Positions 11,391-21,039 of a stretch of 64,000 bases of DNA are shown piece after piece (the first letter of the stretch is position 1; each line of letters starts with the position of its first letter). This DNA is from an uncultured delta proteobacterium. GTDB lineage: Bacteria > Desulfobacterota > Binatia > Binatales > Binataceae. The stretch spans positions 72,816-136,815 of the forward strand of contig CAWBJH010000001.1 in the NCBI GenBank assembly GCA_963789115.1. The letters are read 5' to 3'. A program made the translations under genes and the position numbers. Below the pieces are notes generated by a model that did no database searches, had not been told where the DNA came from, and saw only the letters and a program-made list of their open reading frames with translations.

Positions 11391-12568
11391 CCCAGTGCGT
11401 GCCGGATTATCCCCAGCCCCTCATCGGCCTCCTTGATAGTCAGGTTGAGCGGCGGAAGAAGTCTTAGCACATTGCCCGCCGTGGCGTTGACTATCAAGTG
11501 TTGCTTGAGACAGGCCTCCACGACCGGCCGCGCCTCGTGCGCCAGTACGACTCCGATGATCATGCCCTGGCCACGCACCTCGACAATGCGCTTGTCGCTC
11601 CGGGCCATCTCGCGCAATTGCTCGATGATATACGCGCCGACCCTGGCGGCGTTCTCCAGCACGCCCTCCTGCTCGAACGCCTCGATTACGGCGAGCGCCG
11701 CGGCACAGGCTACCGGATTGCCGCCGAAGGTGGTGCCGTGACTGCCGGGGGTGAAGCTCTCCGCGATATCCGCCCGCGCGAGCATCGCGCCGATCGGCAG
11801 ACCGCCTCCCAGAGCCTTCGCCAGCGTCATGAGATCGGGGCGGATACCGGCGTGCTGATGCGCGAAGTACAGGCCCGTGCGGCCCATCCCGACCTGCACC
11901 TCGTCCAGGATCAGCAGCAGGTTGGCGCGGTCGCAAAGCTCGCGCATCCGCTTCAGGTAGTCGGGGCGCGGCACCACCACGCCGCCTTCTCCCTGGATGG
12001 GCTCGACCATGATGGCGACCGTGTCGGGTCCGACCGCGCGCTCCATCGCGGCGACATCGTCGAACGGCACCAGCCTGAAGCCAGGCATCAACGGCTGGAA
12101 GCCCTGGTGATATTTTTCCTGGCCGGTTGCGGTCAATGTCGCCAGCGTACGCCCATGGAAGGAGCCGAGCGCGGTGAGAATCTCGAAGCGTCCGCCGCCC
12201 CGATTGTGGCCCCATCGCCGCGCCAGCTTGATCGCCGCCTCGTTGGCCTCGGCGCCCGAGTTGCCGAGAAACACCCGCGCATCGCCGAACAGGCGGCACA
12301 GTTGTTCCGCCAGGCGCGCCATCGGCTCGGTATGGAACACGTTGGAGACGTGGATCAGCCGGGCGGTCTGCTCCTGGATCGCGCGCACGACTCGCGGATG
12401 GCTGTGGCCGAGGCTGGTGACTGCGAGCCCGCAGAAGAAGTCGAGGTAGCGGTCACCGTCGGCGTCATAGAGCCAGGCGCCTTCACCGCGCACGAAGGCG
12501 AGCGGGAGGCATCCGTAGATATTGACCAGGTATCGATGGGTTTTCTCGACGATTTCTGAATTATTCAT
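11387..12568 (-). CDS. argD: Acetylornithine aminotransferase
   Basis: Class-III aminotransferase fold. Its stop overlaps the argF start, and it sits between argB and argF. Confidence 0.85.
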   Translation of the reverse strand: MNNSEIVEKTHRYLVNIYGCLPLAFVRGEGAWLYDADGDRYLDFFCGLAVTSLGHSHPRVVRAIQEQTARLIHVSNVFHTEPMARLAEQLCRLFGDARVFLGNSGAEANEAAIKLARRWGHNRGGGRFEILTALGSFHGRTLATLTATGQEKYHQGFQPLMPGFRLVPFDDVAAMERAVGPDTVAIMVEPIQGEGGVVVPRPDYLKRMRELCDRANLLLILDEVQVGMGRTGLYFAHQHAGIRPDLMTLAKALGGGLPIGAMLARADIAESFTPGSHGTTFGGNPVACAAALAVIEAFEQEGVLENAARVGAYIIEQLREMARSDKRIVEVRGQGMIIGVVLAHEARPVVEACLKQHLIVNATAGNVLRLLPPLNLTIKEADEGLGIIRHALG

Positions 12569-12616
12569 TGCGACCGATCCGTTGCGGAGCCCGGCGGCAA
12601 AATGTAAAGTGCCGCT

Positions 12617-13558
12617 TTAAAATTGCCGGCTTCCCGAGCGGACCCGGCGCGCGGCGCGCTTGAGGTCCGCCACCCTGGCAGTGTGGCTTACGACTTCGGT
12701 GCCCACGCCGGAACGGGTGAAAATCTCGAGCAGCACGGCGTGGCGCACGCGGCCGTCGATTACGTGGGTCTTCGGCACCCCGGCGCGCAGCGCGCCGATG
12801 CAGCATTCGACCTTGGGGATCATGCCCTCGGCGATGACTGCGCGCGCGATCAGGCGCCGAGCGTTGGCCGCTTCCAGCGTCGAGATCAGGCGTCCCGCCG
12901 AGTCCTTAACGCCCTCGATGTCGGTCATCAGGATGAGCTTCTCGGCCCTGAGCGCGGCGGCAATTTTGCCGGCGGCGACGTCGGCGTTGATGTTGTAGGT
13001 CTGGCCGTCGCGGCCGGATCCGATCGGCGCGATCACCGGGATGAAGTTGTCGTCCTCCAGGGTGCGGATCACTTCCGGGTTGACGTCGACCACTTCCCCG
13101 ACCAGTCCGACATCGACCCGGCTCGAGCGCCCGTCCTTCTGCCGCACCATCATGCGCATCTTGCGCGAGACGATCAGATCGCCGTCCTTGCCCGAAAGTC
13201 CCACCGCGCGTCCGCCCTGGCGCGAGATCAGCGCAACGATTTCCTTGTTGATGCGCTGCAGCACCATCTCGGCCGCTTCCATGGTCTCGGCGTCGGTTAC
13301 GCGCATCCCACGTACGAACCGCGACTTGAGTCCGAGCTTGCCGATCAACTCGCTGATCTGCGGGCCGCCCCCATGGACGATCACGGGGTTGATGCCGACC
13401 AGCTCGAGCAGCACCACGTCCTGGGCGAAGCTCTGGCGCAACTCGGCGGTCTGCATGGCGTGGCCGCCGTACTTGATTACGAAGGTCTTGCCGCGAAAGC
13501 GCTGGATATAGGGCAGCGCCTCGATCAGGATCTCGGCGCGTTCAATCAACTCGCGCAA
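12617..13558 (-). CDS. argB: Acetylglutamate kinase
   Basis: KYGG...HGGGPQI amino-acid-kinase motifs. The start is set to the TTG at 13558 after GGGGAGA (a CTG at 13561 is also possible). The longer ORF prefix is unlikely to be translated. Confidence 0.85.
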   Translation of the reverse strand: MRELIERAEILIEALPYIQRFRGKTFVIKYGGHAMQTAELRQSFAQDVVLLELVGINPVIVHGGGPQISELIGKLGLKSRFVRGMRVTDAETMEAAEMVLQRINKEIVALISRQGGRAVGLSGKDGDLIVSRKMRMMVRQKDGRSSRVDVGLVGEVVDVNPEVIRTLEDDNFIPVIAPIGSGRDGQTYNINADVAAGKIAAALRAEKLILMTDIEGVKDSAGRLISTLEAANARRLIARAVIAEGMIPKVECCIGALRAGVPKTHVIDGRVRHAVLLEIFTRSGVGTEVVSHTARVADLKRAARRVRSGSRQF

Positions 13559-13691
13559 CAGTTTCTCCCCCGAAGCGATTTTCCAGGACGGCGCGCACGG
13601 AAGCCCGCCCCGTTGCGAAAAGAGACTCGCCACTGTCGAAGCGGGGCGGGCGTTGCGGCCCGCCTCTGATGAGAGCCGGCTGATGCGTCCA

Positions 13692-15092
13692 CTACAGGAT
13701 GTAACGCGAGAGGTCCTCGTCCCTGACGATCGGATCGAGGCGTTCATGAACGAACGCGCCGTCAACCTTGATCTCGCGAGAGCCGAGCTCGGGTGCGTTG
13801 AACGATACGTCCTCCAGCAGCCGCTCGAGCACGGTGTGGAGCCGGCGCGCGCCGATATTCTCCGAGCGGGCGTTGACCTGCGCCGCGATCTCGGCCAGCG
13901 CCGAGACCCCGTCTTCGGTGAAGCCCAGCCGCACGTCCTCGGTTTCCATCAGCGCGACGTACTGGCGCGTCAGGGCGTTCTCGGGCTCGGTCAGGATGCG
14001 GATAAAGTCCTCCTTGGTCAAGGCTTTGAGCTCGACCCGGATCGGAAAGCGTCCTTGGAATTCGGGAATCAGGTCCGAGGGTTTGGTGACGTGAAAAGCG
14101 CCGGAAGCGATGAACAGGATGTGGTCGGTGCGCACCGTTCCGTACTTGGTATTGACCGATGAGCCTTCGACGATCGGCAGAAGGTCGCGCTGTACGCCTT
14201 CGCGGGATACGTCGGGCCCGCGGTTGGCCTCGCGCCCGGCGATCTTGTCGATCTCGTCGATGAACACGATGCCCGATTGCTCGGTGCGGCGAATCGCCTC
14301 GACCTTGACCGCCTCCATGTCCATCAGGCGCGCGGCCTCCTCCTGGGTGAGTATTTCAAGCGCTTCGGGAATTTTGACCGAACGCCGGCTGGTCTTCTTG
14401 GGCATGATCTGGCTGAAGAGTTCTTTCATGTTCACGCCCATCTCTTCCATTCCCTGCGGCGTGAAAACCTCGACCATCGGGATCGCCTGGGCGTTGACCT
14501 CGATCTCGACTTCGCGCTCGGCGAGATGGCCATCGCGCAGTAGCTTGCGGAGCTTCTCGCGGGTCTCGGCGTGCGAGTCGGAAGCGACGTTCTGGAGGTT
14601 CCCCTCGGGCGTGATCCCGATGGGTGCGCGGGGCCTGGTCGAGCGGGGCAACAGGATATCGAGCAGGCCCTCTTCAGCAGCCTCTCGTGCGCGCACCGCG
14701 ACGCGCTCGCGTTCCTCCTCGCGCACCATCTTGACCGAGGTTTCGACCAGATCGCGGATGATCGACTCGACGTCGCGTCCGACGTAGCCGACCTCGGTAT
14801 AACGGGAGGCCTCGACCTTGACGAACGGGGCCTGGGCGAGCCGCGCCAAGCGGCGCGCGATCTCGGTCTTGCCGACCCCGGTGGGGCCGATCATCAGGAT
14901 GTTCTTGGGCACGATCTCGTCGCGCAGCTCAAGGGCGACGTTTTGCCGGCGCCAGCGGTTGCGCAGCGCGATTGCGACGGCGCGCTTGGCGTCGTGCTGC
15001 CCGACGATGTAACGGTCGAGCTCGGAGACGATCTCCCGCGGCGTCATCACGTGAGGAGGCGCGAGCCGCTCGGCCTGGGTTTTGGCGCTCAC
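13692..15092 (-). CDS. hslU: ATP-dependent protease ATPase subunit HslU
   Basis: Walker A motif GPTGVGKT and HslU-specific segments such as [10 protein letters not shown]. Confidence 0.95.
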   Translation of the reverse strand: MSAKTQAERLAPPHVMTPREIVSELDRYIVGQHDAKRAVAIALRNRWRRQNVALELRDEIVPKNILMIGPTGVGKTEIARRLARLAQAPFVKVEASRYTEVGYVGRDVESIIRDLVETSVKMVREEERERVAVRAREAAEEGLLDILLPRSTRPRAPIGITPEGNLQNVASDSHAETREKLRKLLRDGHLAEREVEIEVNAQAIPMVEVFTPQGMEEMGVNMKELFSQIMPKKTSRRSVKIPEALEILTQEEAARLMDMEAVKVEAIRRTEQSGIVFIDEIDKIAGREANRGPDVSREGVQRDLLPIVEGSSVNTKYGTVRTDHILFIASGAFHVTKPSDLIPEFQGRFPIRVELKALTKEDFIRILTEPENALTRQYVALMETEDVRLGFTEDGVSALAEIAAQVNARSENIGARRLHTVLERLLEDVSFNAPELGSREIKVDGAFVHERLDPIVRDEDLSRYIL

Positions 15093-15655
15093 AACTCCTC
15101 CATTATAAGCCGATCGTTGGTGTAGACGCAGATCTCGGATGCGATTTTCATCGCGCTCTCGGCGATTGCACGCGCGCTCATCGCCGGGTTGTGACGGACC
15201 AGCGCGCGCGCCGCCGCCAGCGCGAAATTGCCCCCCGAGCCGATCGCCAGCACTCCGTCGTCGGGCTCGATGATGTCGCCCGAGCCGGAGATCAGCAGCG
15301 AGAGCTCCTTATCGGCCACGATTAGCATCGCCTCGAGCCGCCGCAGCATCCGGTCGGTGCGCCAATCCTTGGCCAACTCGACGGCGGCGCGGCGCAGATT
15401 GCCGTTGAACTCCTGAAGCTTGCCCTCGAACTTTTCAAACAGGGTGAGCGCGTCGGCGGTCGAGCCGGCGAAGCCCGCCAGCACCGCGTCGTTGAAGAGC
15501 CGGCGTACCTTGCGCGCGCCGCGTTTGATCACAGTCTGCCCCACGCTCACCTGTCCGTCCCCGGCTATCACGACATGGCCGTCGTGGCGCACGCACAGGA
15601 TGGTCGTGGCGCGGACCTTGGTTTCGGGTTCGACCTCAGGCGCGCGGATGGGCAC
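15089..15655 (-). CDS. hslV: ATP-dependent protease subunit HslV. It has an apparent 17-aa extension before the catalytic Thr-Thr
   Basis: The conserved core runs from [19 protein letters not shown]... to ...GSGG. The only in-frame start is the GTG at 15655. Confidence 0.85.
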   Translation of the reverse strand: MPIRAPEVEPETKVRATTILCVRHDGHVVIAGDGQVSVGQTVIKRGARKVRRLFNDAVLAGFAGSTADALTLFEKFEGKLQEFNGNLRRAAVELAKDWRTDRMLRRLEAMLIVADKELSLLISGSGDIIEPDDGVLAIGSGGNFALAAARALVRHNPAMSARAIAESAMKIASEICVYTNDRLIMEEL

Positions 15656-16538
15656 GTCGATAGACCTCTTTGAGATGGTTCACGCTCAAATGCGTGTAGC
15701 GCTGGGTGGTGGCGAGGCTCGCGTGTCCGAGCATCTCCTGGATCGAACGCAGATCGGCTCCATTGTTGAGCATGTGGGTGGCAAAGCAATGGCGCAGTCC
15801 GTGCGGAGTGATCGGGGTGCGGAGCCCGGATTGGGCCAGCCGCCGGGCGACCATCGCCTCGACCGCGCGGGTGGTGAGCCGCCCGCCGCGCAGGTTGGTG
15901 AAAACCGGGGCATGCGGCTCCGAGGCCACCGGCATCACGCGCCGCCAATCCGCGATCGCCTCGAGCGCGGGCTCGCCGATCGGTACCAGGCGGTCCTTGT
16001 TGCCCTTGCCCCGGCGCACCATCACCATCCCCAGCTCCTCATTGATGTCGCGCCAGTCGAGACCGCAGAGCTCGCTGACCCGCAGCCCCGACGAGTAGAG
16101 CGTCTCCACGATCGCGCGATCGCGCAGCGCCGCCGGGCGCAAGCCGCGCGGATCCGACTCAATCAGGCGGCGGACCTCGTCCTGCTGGAGAATCGCGGGC
16201 AGGCGCCGTTCGATTTTCGGCGCGCGCAAGGCGCCGGCGGGGCTGGGGATACCTCGCACCGCCTCGCGCCATCGAAAGAACGCCTTGACGGCGCTCAGGC
16301 GGCGCTGAACGGTCGAGCGTCGCGAACGCTTCATCATCTCGGCCAGGTAGGTGCGAATGTGGTCGGCATCTATTTTCTCGACTGAAACGGTCTGGTCGTT
16401 CTGGCCGAGCGCGGCGCCGCGCTCGAGCAGAAAGCGGCGGAAGTCGAGGAGGTCGCGGCGATAGCTCCGGACCGTGTTGTCCGCGGCCCGCGACGCTTTG
16501 GACAACGCCACGGCAAACGCCTCCACCTCCGCAATCAT
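15636..16538 (-). CDS. xerC: Tyrosine recombinase XerC
   Basis: R...HxxR...Y catalytic motifs ([10 protein letters not shown]...TQRYTH) in the conserved xerC-hslVU arrangement. Confidence 0.85.
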   Translation of the reverse strand: MIAEVEAFAVALSKASRAADNTVRSYRRDLLDFRRFLLERGAALGQNDQTVSVEKIDADHIRTYLAEMMKRSRRSTVQRRLSAVKAFFRWREAVRGIPSPAGALRAPKIERRLPAILQQDEVRRLIESDPRGLRPAALRDRAIVETLYSSGLRVSELCGLDWRDINEELGMVMVRRGKGNKDRLVPIGEPALEAIADWRRVMPVASEPHAPVFTNLRGGRLTTRAVEAMVARRLAQSGLRTPITPHGLRHCFATHMLNNGADLRSIQEMLGHASLATTQRYTHLSVNHLKEVYRRAHPRA

Positions 16539-16597
16539 CGACTCGCGCGCTCTCAGACCAGCGGCTATGCTATCAAGGGCGTCCGGATCGCAAAAGT

Positions 16598-16900
16598 ATG
16601 CTCGACTGTTGGCATTGCGGCGCCGCCATAGAGGTCAAGGAGAAGGTCGGGTTTCGCCAGGTTTGCGGGAAATGCGACCGGCCGGTGCACCTCTGCCGCA
16701 ACTGCCGTTTCTACGACCCCTCGTATCACAACCAGTGCCGCGAGACGCAGGCGGAGCTGGTCGCCGACAGGGAGCGGGCGAACTTCTGCGAGTACTTCGC
16801 GCCCCGGGACGCATCCGGCGCGCGCCGAGCCGGCGCCTGCGGGCGTTCCCCGGCGCAATCGACGCGCGAACGGCTCGACGCGTTGTTCACAAAGAAATGA
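16598..16900 (+). CDS. Small Cys-rich zinc-ribbon protein, hypothetical
   Basis: Contains CWHC...CGKC...CRNC...C..C motifs. Its stop overlaps the next gene's ATG in an ATGA arrangement. Confidence 0.55.
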   Translation: MLDCWHCGAAIEVKEKVGFRQVCGKCDRPVHLCRNCRFYDPSYHNQCRETQAELVADRERANFCEYFAPRDASGARRAGACGRSPAQSTRERLDALFTKK

Positions 16901-17316
16901 AAACGGCGCGCAGCAGGGCCGTGGCGGCGGGTTTGAGCGCAGCGCTGGCAGCGCTCTGGATCTGCGGATGCACGCCACCCAACAGTGCGCGCGGCGTGGT
17001 CGACCGGTTCATCGAGGCCCACTACATCGCGATCAACCTCAAGACGGCCGGCCCGCTGTGCACCGGCTTGGCGCTCGACAAGCTGCGCAAGGAAATGGCA
17101 CTGACCGAGGGCTATGCGATCGACGCCGGCACGCGCAAGCCCGTCATTCACTACAAGCTCAAGGCAGAGCGCGACGGACCAGGCGATCACGTCACGTTCC
17201 TGTTCGTCGCGACGATCGATGTTCCCGAGGGCGGGAGCTTTGCCAAGAACTGGATGATCACGGCGCGCAAGGAAGGCGGGAGCTGGAAAGTGTCAAACTT
17301 CAGCGAGTACGACTGA
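16897..17316 (+). CDS. Lipoprotein, hypothetical
   Basis: MKTARSRAVAAGLSAALAALWICGC signal peptide and lipobox. It is translationally coupled to the zinc-ribbon gene. Confidence 0.6.
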   Translation: MKTARSRAVAAGLSAALAALWICGCTPPNSARGVVDRFIEAHYIAINLKTAGPLCTGLALDKLRKEMALTEGYAIDAGTRKPVIHYKLKAERDGPGDHVTFLFVATIDVPEGGSFAKNWMITARKEGGSWKVSNFSEYD

Positions 17317-17350
17317 GCAGGGCGAGGGAAAGAGGGCGGCGAGCGAAACG

Positions 17351-18781
17351 ATGGCGGATCGGCTGGCGGCGATAATCCTTGCGGCGGGACTGGGAACCCG
17401 GATGCGCTCGGCGCGCGCCAAGGTGCTGCACGAGCTCGCGGGCCGCCCGATGATCGCGCGGACCGTGCAGGCTCTGGCCGCGCTGGCCGCGGACCCGATC
17501 GTGGTGGTGGTGGGTCATCAGGCCGACGAAGTCGAGAAGGGGGCGCGCCAGGCGTGCTGCGACTCGCGGCTCCGGTTCGCCCCACAGAGCGAACAACGCG
17601 GCACCGGCGACGCCACGCGCCGCGGCTACCAGGCGATCGGCGGGGATTTCGATGGCGATGTGATGATCGTTTACGGTGACACGCCGCGACTCCGCCCGCA
17701 GACGCTGCGGGCCTTTGTTGCGGAGCATCGCAGGCGCGGCGCGGCCTTCTCCTTCATCAGCGCGGTACTCGACGATCCGGCCCAGTACGGTCGCGTGATT
17801 CGAGATTCAGGCGGCGGGGTCCGCGCGATCGTGGAGGCGTGCGACGCCCCTGTCGCGCAGTCCGGTATCATGGAAATCAACACCGGCGTCTACCTGGCGA
17901 AGTCGGGCTTTCTGCGCTCCGCGCTGCCGGAGCTCAAGCCCGGCAACAACCAAGGGGAGTACTACCTGACCGATCTGGTCGATATCGCCTGCCGCCGGGG
18001 ACTCAAGGTCGAGGCCTGCCTCGGCGAGCATCCCGCGGAGTTCGCGGGAATCAATTCGCGCAAGGAGTTGGCGCAGATGGAAGCGGAAATCCGTCACGCG
18101 GTGAACAACAGGCTAATGGAGACGGGGGTGACTCTGGTCGATCCCGCTACCGCCTATATCGGCGAGCAGGTCGAAATCGGCCGCGACTGTATAATCGGCC
18201 CTAACGTGCAGATCCTGGGCAAGAGCCGCATCGGCGAGGGCGTGCGTATCGAAGGTACCGCCTATCTTCGCGACGTCACGGTCGGCGACCGATGCCATCT
18301 CAAGCTCGGCGTGTGCGCCGAGGAGTGCACGATCGGTCCGGAATGCGAAATCGGTCCGTTCGCGAACCTGCGCGCCGGCACCGAGCTCGAAGGCCGCAAC
18401 CGGATCGGCAACTTCGTCGAGACCAAGAAGGCGCGCATCGGGCGCGGCACCAAGGCGAGTCACCTCTCGTATCTCGGCGACGCGATCATCGGACGCGAGA
18501 CCAACGTCGGATGCGGGGTTATCACGGTCAACTACGACGGCTACGACAAACATCTGAGCCAGATCGGGGACCGATGCATGGTAGGATGCGACAGCCAGTT
18601 CGTGGCGCCGGTCAAGGTCGGCAACGACGTCTACGTGGCTTCGGGCACCACTATCCTGCGCGACGTGGCCGACGGCGCGCTCGTCATGTCGTATCATCGG
18701 CAACAGGAGAGGCCCGGATGGACCGCGGAGTTTCACCAGCGTCATCGGGGACGCCGGCCGTGGTGGGCCGAAAAAGAGTGA
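17351..18781 (+). CDS. glmU: Bifunctional UDP-GlcNAc pyrophosphorylase and GlcN-1-P acetyltransferase
   Basis: N-terminal LAAGxGTRM nucleotidyltransferase motif and C-terminal left-handed beta-helix hexapeptide repeats. Confidence 0.9.
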   Translation: MADRLAAIILAAGLGTRMRSARAKVLHELAGRPMIARTVQALAALAADPIVVVVGHQADEVEKGARQACCDSRLRFAPQSEQRGTGDATRRGYQAIGGDFDGDVMIVYGDTPRLRPQTLRAFVAEHRRRGAAFSFISAVLDDPAQYGRVIRDSGGGVRAIVEACDAPVAQSGIMEINTGVYLAKSGFLRSALPELKPGNNQGEYYLTDLVDIACRRGLKVEACLGEHPAEFAGINSRKELAQMEAEIRHAVNNRLMETGVTLVDPATAYIGEQVEIGRDCIIGPNVQILGKSRIGEGVRIEGTAYLRDVTVGDRCHLKLGVCAEECTIGPECEIGPFANLRAGTELEGRNRIGNFVETKKARIGRGTKASHLSYLGDAIIGRETNVGCGVITVNYDGYDKHLSQIGDRCMVGCDSQFVAPVKVGNDVYVASGTTILRDVADGALVMSYHRQQERPGWTAEFHQRHRGRRPWWAEKE

Positions 18782-18871
18782 GTTGATTGGATGCTCCAGT
18801 GGGGGTAAAGTCGTTTTCAATTACAGCGAGAATGGGAGGTAACGAGGTAGCCAAATAGCAATGTAACGGAG

Positions 18872-19045
18872 AGTAGCGCCAGGACTCACAATCGTGAGTT
18901 GACGAGGTGGAAGCTTATCGAACAATTCGGCGGATGGCTTCCCGGTTCCACGATCGTTAGAGGCGGACAAAACCTGCGGGCGACCGCGCGACAACAACCG
19001 TCTCAAGTGGGCGTAGCAAATCGCTCCGCTACGACCTTCTAAACT
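18872..19045 (+). ncRNA. glmS_ribozyme: glmS ribozyme (GlcN6P-dependent self-cleaving riboswitch). The predicted cleavage site is between A18875 and G18876
   Basis: AGCGCCAGGACU(P1: CACAAUCGUGAG)UUGACGAGGUGGAAGCUUAUCGAACAAUUCGGCGGAUGGCUUCCCGGUU matches the glmS ribozyme core. It is immediately 5' of glmS and the local GC is lower. Confidence 0.85.
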
Positions 19046-19165
19046 CTCCCATCAGGCCGGTCAAAACTCAGCTCGGCAACACGAGACAAGGTCGACGTTT
19101 GCCGGGCTCTCCAGCAGTGCGCTGCGCGGAGAATGTATGCATCGCGGAGAAGGAGAGCACGAAAC

Positions 19166-20998
19166 ATGTGCGGAATAGTTGGTTACATCGGATGGGAAGA
19201 GGCTTGCCCAATTCTGCTCAATGGGCTGCAGAAGCTCGAATATCGCGGTTACGACTCGGCCGGAATCGCGACCGTGACGGACAACGGCAAGATGGAGGTC
19301 CGGCGCGCCGCGGGAAAGCTCGGAGAGCTGCGCAGGCGGTTGGAGGAGTCGCCGCTGGCGGGCAAAATCGGCATCGGGCACACGCGATGGGCCACGCACG
19401 GCCGCCCCTCCGAGGAAAACGCGCATCCGCACAAGGCGGGCCCGGTCGCCGTGATTCACAACGGAATTGTCGAGAACTTCGTCGACCTGCGCGCCGCCCT
19501 GCTCAAACGCAACCACAAGCTGCGCTCCGAGACCGACACCGAGCTGATCGCCCATCTTATCGAAGAGCGCCTAAGGGAGGGCCTGGGGCTCACCGAGGCG
19601 GTGCGGATGGCGGTGCGCGAGCTGCGCGGCTCGTTTTCGATCGTGGTGCTGTGCGAGACCGAGCCCGACAAGCTGGTCGCGGCCAAGACCGCCACGCCCC
19701 TGGTGATCGGCTTCGGCAAGGGCGAGAACTTCGTCGCTTCCGATATCCCGGCGCTGCTGGAGCATACCCGGCGCGCGATGGTGCTCGAAGACGGCGAGAT
19801 CGCGGAGGTCAGCGCCAAGGCGGTGCGCCTGATGAGCTTCGACGGCACCCCGGTAGCGCGCGCCCCCCGCACTATCGAATGGGACGCAGTCGCGGCGACC
19901 AAGGCCGGCTTCCAGCATTATCTGCGCAAGGAGATCAGCGAGCAGCCACAGGCCTGGATCGACACGATGGCGGGGCGGGCCAGCGCCGGCTCGGCGGCGG
20001 TGACCTTTGAGGACGAGGTGCTGCCGCCGGGCGGTCCCGAGGCGATCGGGCGGATAGTGTTCGTCGCGGCGGGCGCCTCCTACATCACCTCGCTGATCGG
20101 CAAGTACATAATCGAGGAGCTGAGCGGGATTCCGGTCGAGGTCGACTATTCGCACGAGTTCCGCTACCGCCAGCCCACGATCGACCGGCGCACGACGGTG
20201 ATCGCCGTATCGCAGTCGGGCGAGACCGCCGACACGCTGGCAGCGATGGAAGAGAGCAGGCGGCGCGGGAGCCATCTGATCGCGGTGACCAACACGGTTG
20301 ACTCGTCGATCGCGCGCAAAGCCGACGCCCGGATCTACACGCGATGCGGCCCGGAGATCAGCGTCACCACCACAAAGTGCTTCCTGACCCAGATCGAGGC
20401 CTACTACCTTCTTGCGATACACCTGGCGGCCCGGATGGGTAGGCTTTCGGAAGGCGAAGGCGAAGCGATACTGAAACCGGCCTTTGCCATTCCGGCGCAG
20501 ATCGAAACCGTGCTGGGACTGGAGGATCAGATCAAGGCGATCGCGCACAAGTACTTCAACGCACGCGACTTCTTGTACCTGGGACGCGGAATCAACTTTC
20601 CGGTCGCGCTTGAGGGCGCGCTCAAGCTCAAGGAGATTTCCTACATCCACGCCGAGGGCTACTCGGCGGGAGAGATGAAGCACGGGCCGATCGCGCTGAT
20701 CGACGAGTCGATGCCGGTTGTGGTGATAATCCCGCACGACAACGTGTTCGAGAAGACGCTGTCAAACCTGAAGGAAGTCGAGTCGCGCAAAGGCAGGATA
20801 ATTGCGCTTACCGATCGGTCGAGCGCCGAGTTGAAGAGCGTTGCGCAAGACATCATAGAGGTTCCCGCCACCCATCGGATGCTGACGCCGGTGCTGATGA
20901 CGGTGCCGCTCCAACTGCTCGCCTATCACATCGCAGTGCTGCGCGGCACCGACGTCGATCAGCCGCGCAACCTCGCCAAGTCGGTGACGGTGGAGTAG
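19166..20998 (+). CDS. glmS: Glutamine--fructose-6-phosphate aminotransferase
   Basis: Start MCGIVGY with catalytic Cys2, after an AGGAGAG RBS. SIS domains and the C-terminal ...VAKSVTVE are present. Confidence 0.95.
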   Translation: MCGIVGYIGWEEACPILLNGLQKLEYRGYDSAGIATVTDNGKMEVRRAAGKLGELRRRLEESPLAGKIGIGHTRWATHGRPSEENAHPHKAGPVAVIHNGIVENFVDLRAALLKRNHKLRSETDTELIAHLIEERLREGLGLTEAVRMAVRELRGSFSIVVLCETEPDKLVAAKTATPLVIGFGKGENFVASDIPALLEHTRRAMVLEDGEIAEVSAKAVRLMSFDGTPVARAPRTIEWDAVAATKAGFQHYLRKEISEQPQAWIDTMAGRASAGSAAVTFEDEVLPPGGPEAIGRIVFVAAGASYITSLIGKYIIEELSGIPVEVDYSHEFRYRQPTIDRRTTVIAVSQSGETADTLAAMEESRRRGSHLIAVTNTVDSSIARKADARIYTRCGPEISVTTTKCFLTQIEAYYLLAIHLAARMGRLSEGEGEAILKPAFAIPAQIETVLGLEDQIKAIAHKYFNARDFLYLGRGINFPVALEGALKLKEISYIHAEGYSAGEMKHGPIALIDESMPVVVIIPHDNVFEKTLSNLKEVESRKGRIIALTDRSSAELKSVAQDIIEVPATHRMLTPVLMTVPLQLLAYHIAVLRGTDVDQPRNLAKSVTVE

Positions 20999-21039
20999 GG
21001 CGCGCGCAGCGGCTGCGCGCCGCGGTGCGGGCAATCGGC

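Noticed and set aside
11498-13669. Plus-strand ORFs 11498-12559 and 12623-13669 across argD and argB
   Set aside because: They are antisense to conserved genes, with low-complexity translations
16474-16896. N-terminal 140 aa of the ORF 16474-17316
   Set aside because: It overlaps xerC and the zinc-ribbon gene in another frame. The lipoprotein has its own ATG, signal peptide and translational coupling at 16897
19099-20737. ORFs 19099-20010 (+) and 19571-20737 (-) overlapping glmS
   Set aside because: They are alternative-frame and antisense artefacts inside a full-length GlmS
20998-21021. Hairpin GCGCGCAGC-ggc-GCUGCGCGC after the glmS stop as the intron's target terminator
   Set aside because: It lies on the 3'-exon side of the minus-strand intron. 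The true upstream target hairpin is the U-tract terminator at 22902-22940. This one is probably just the glmS terminator
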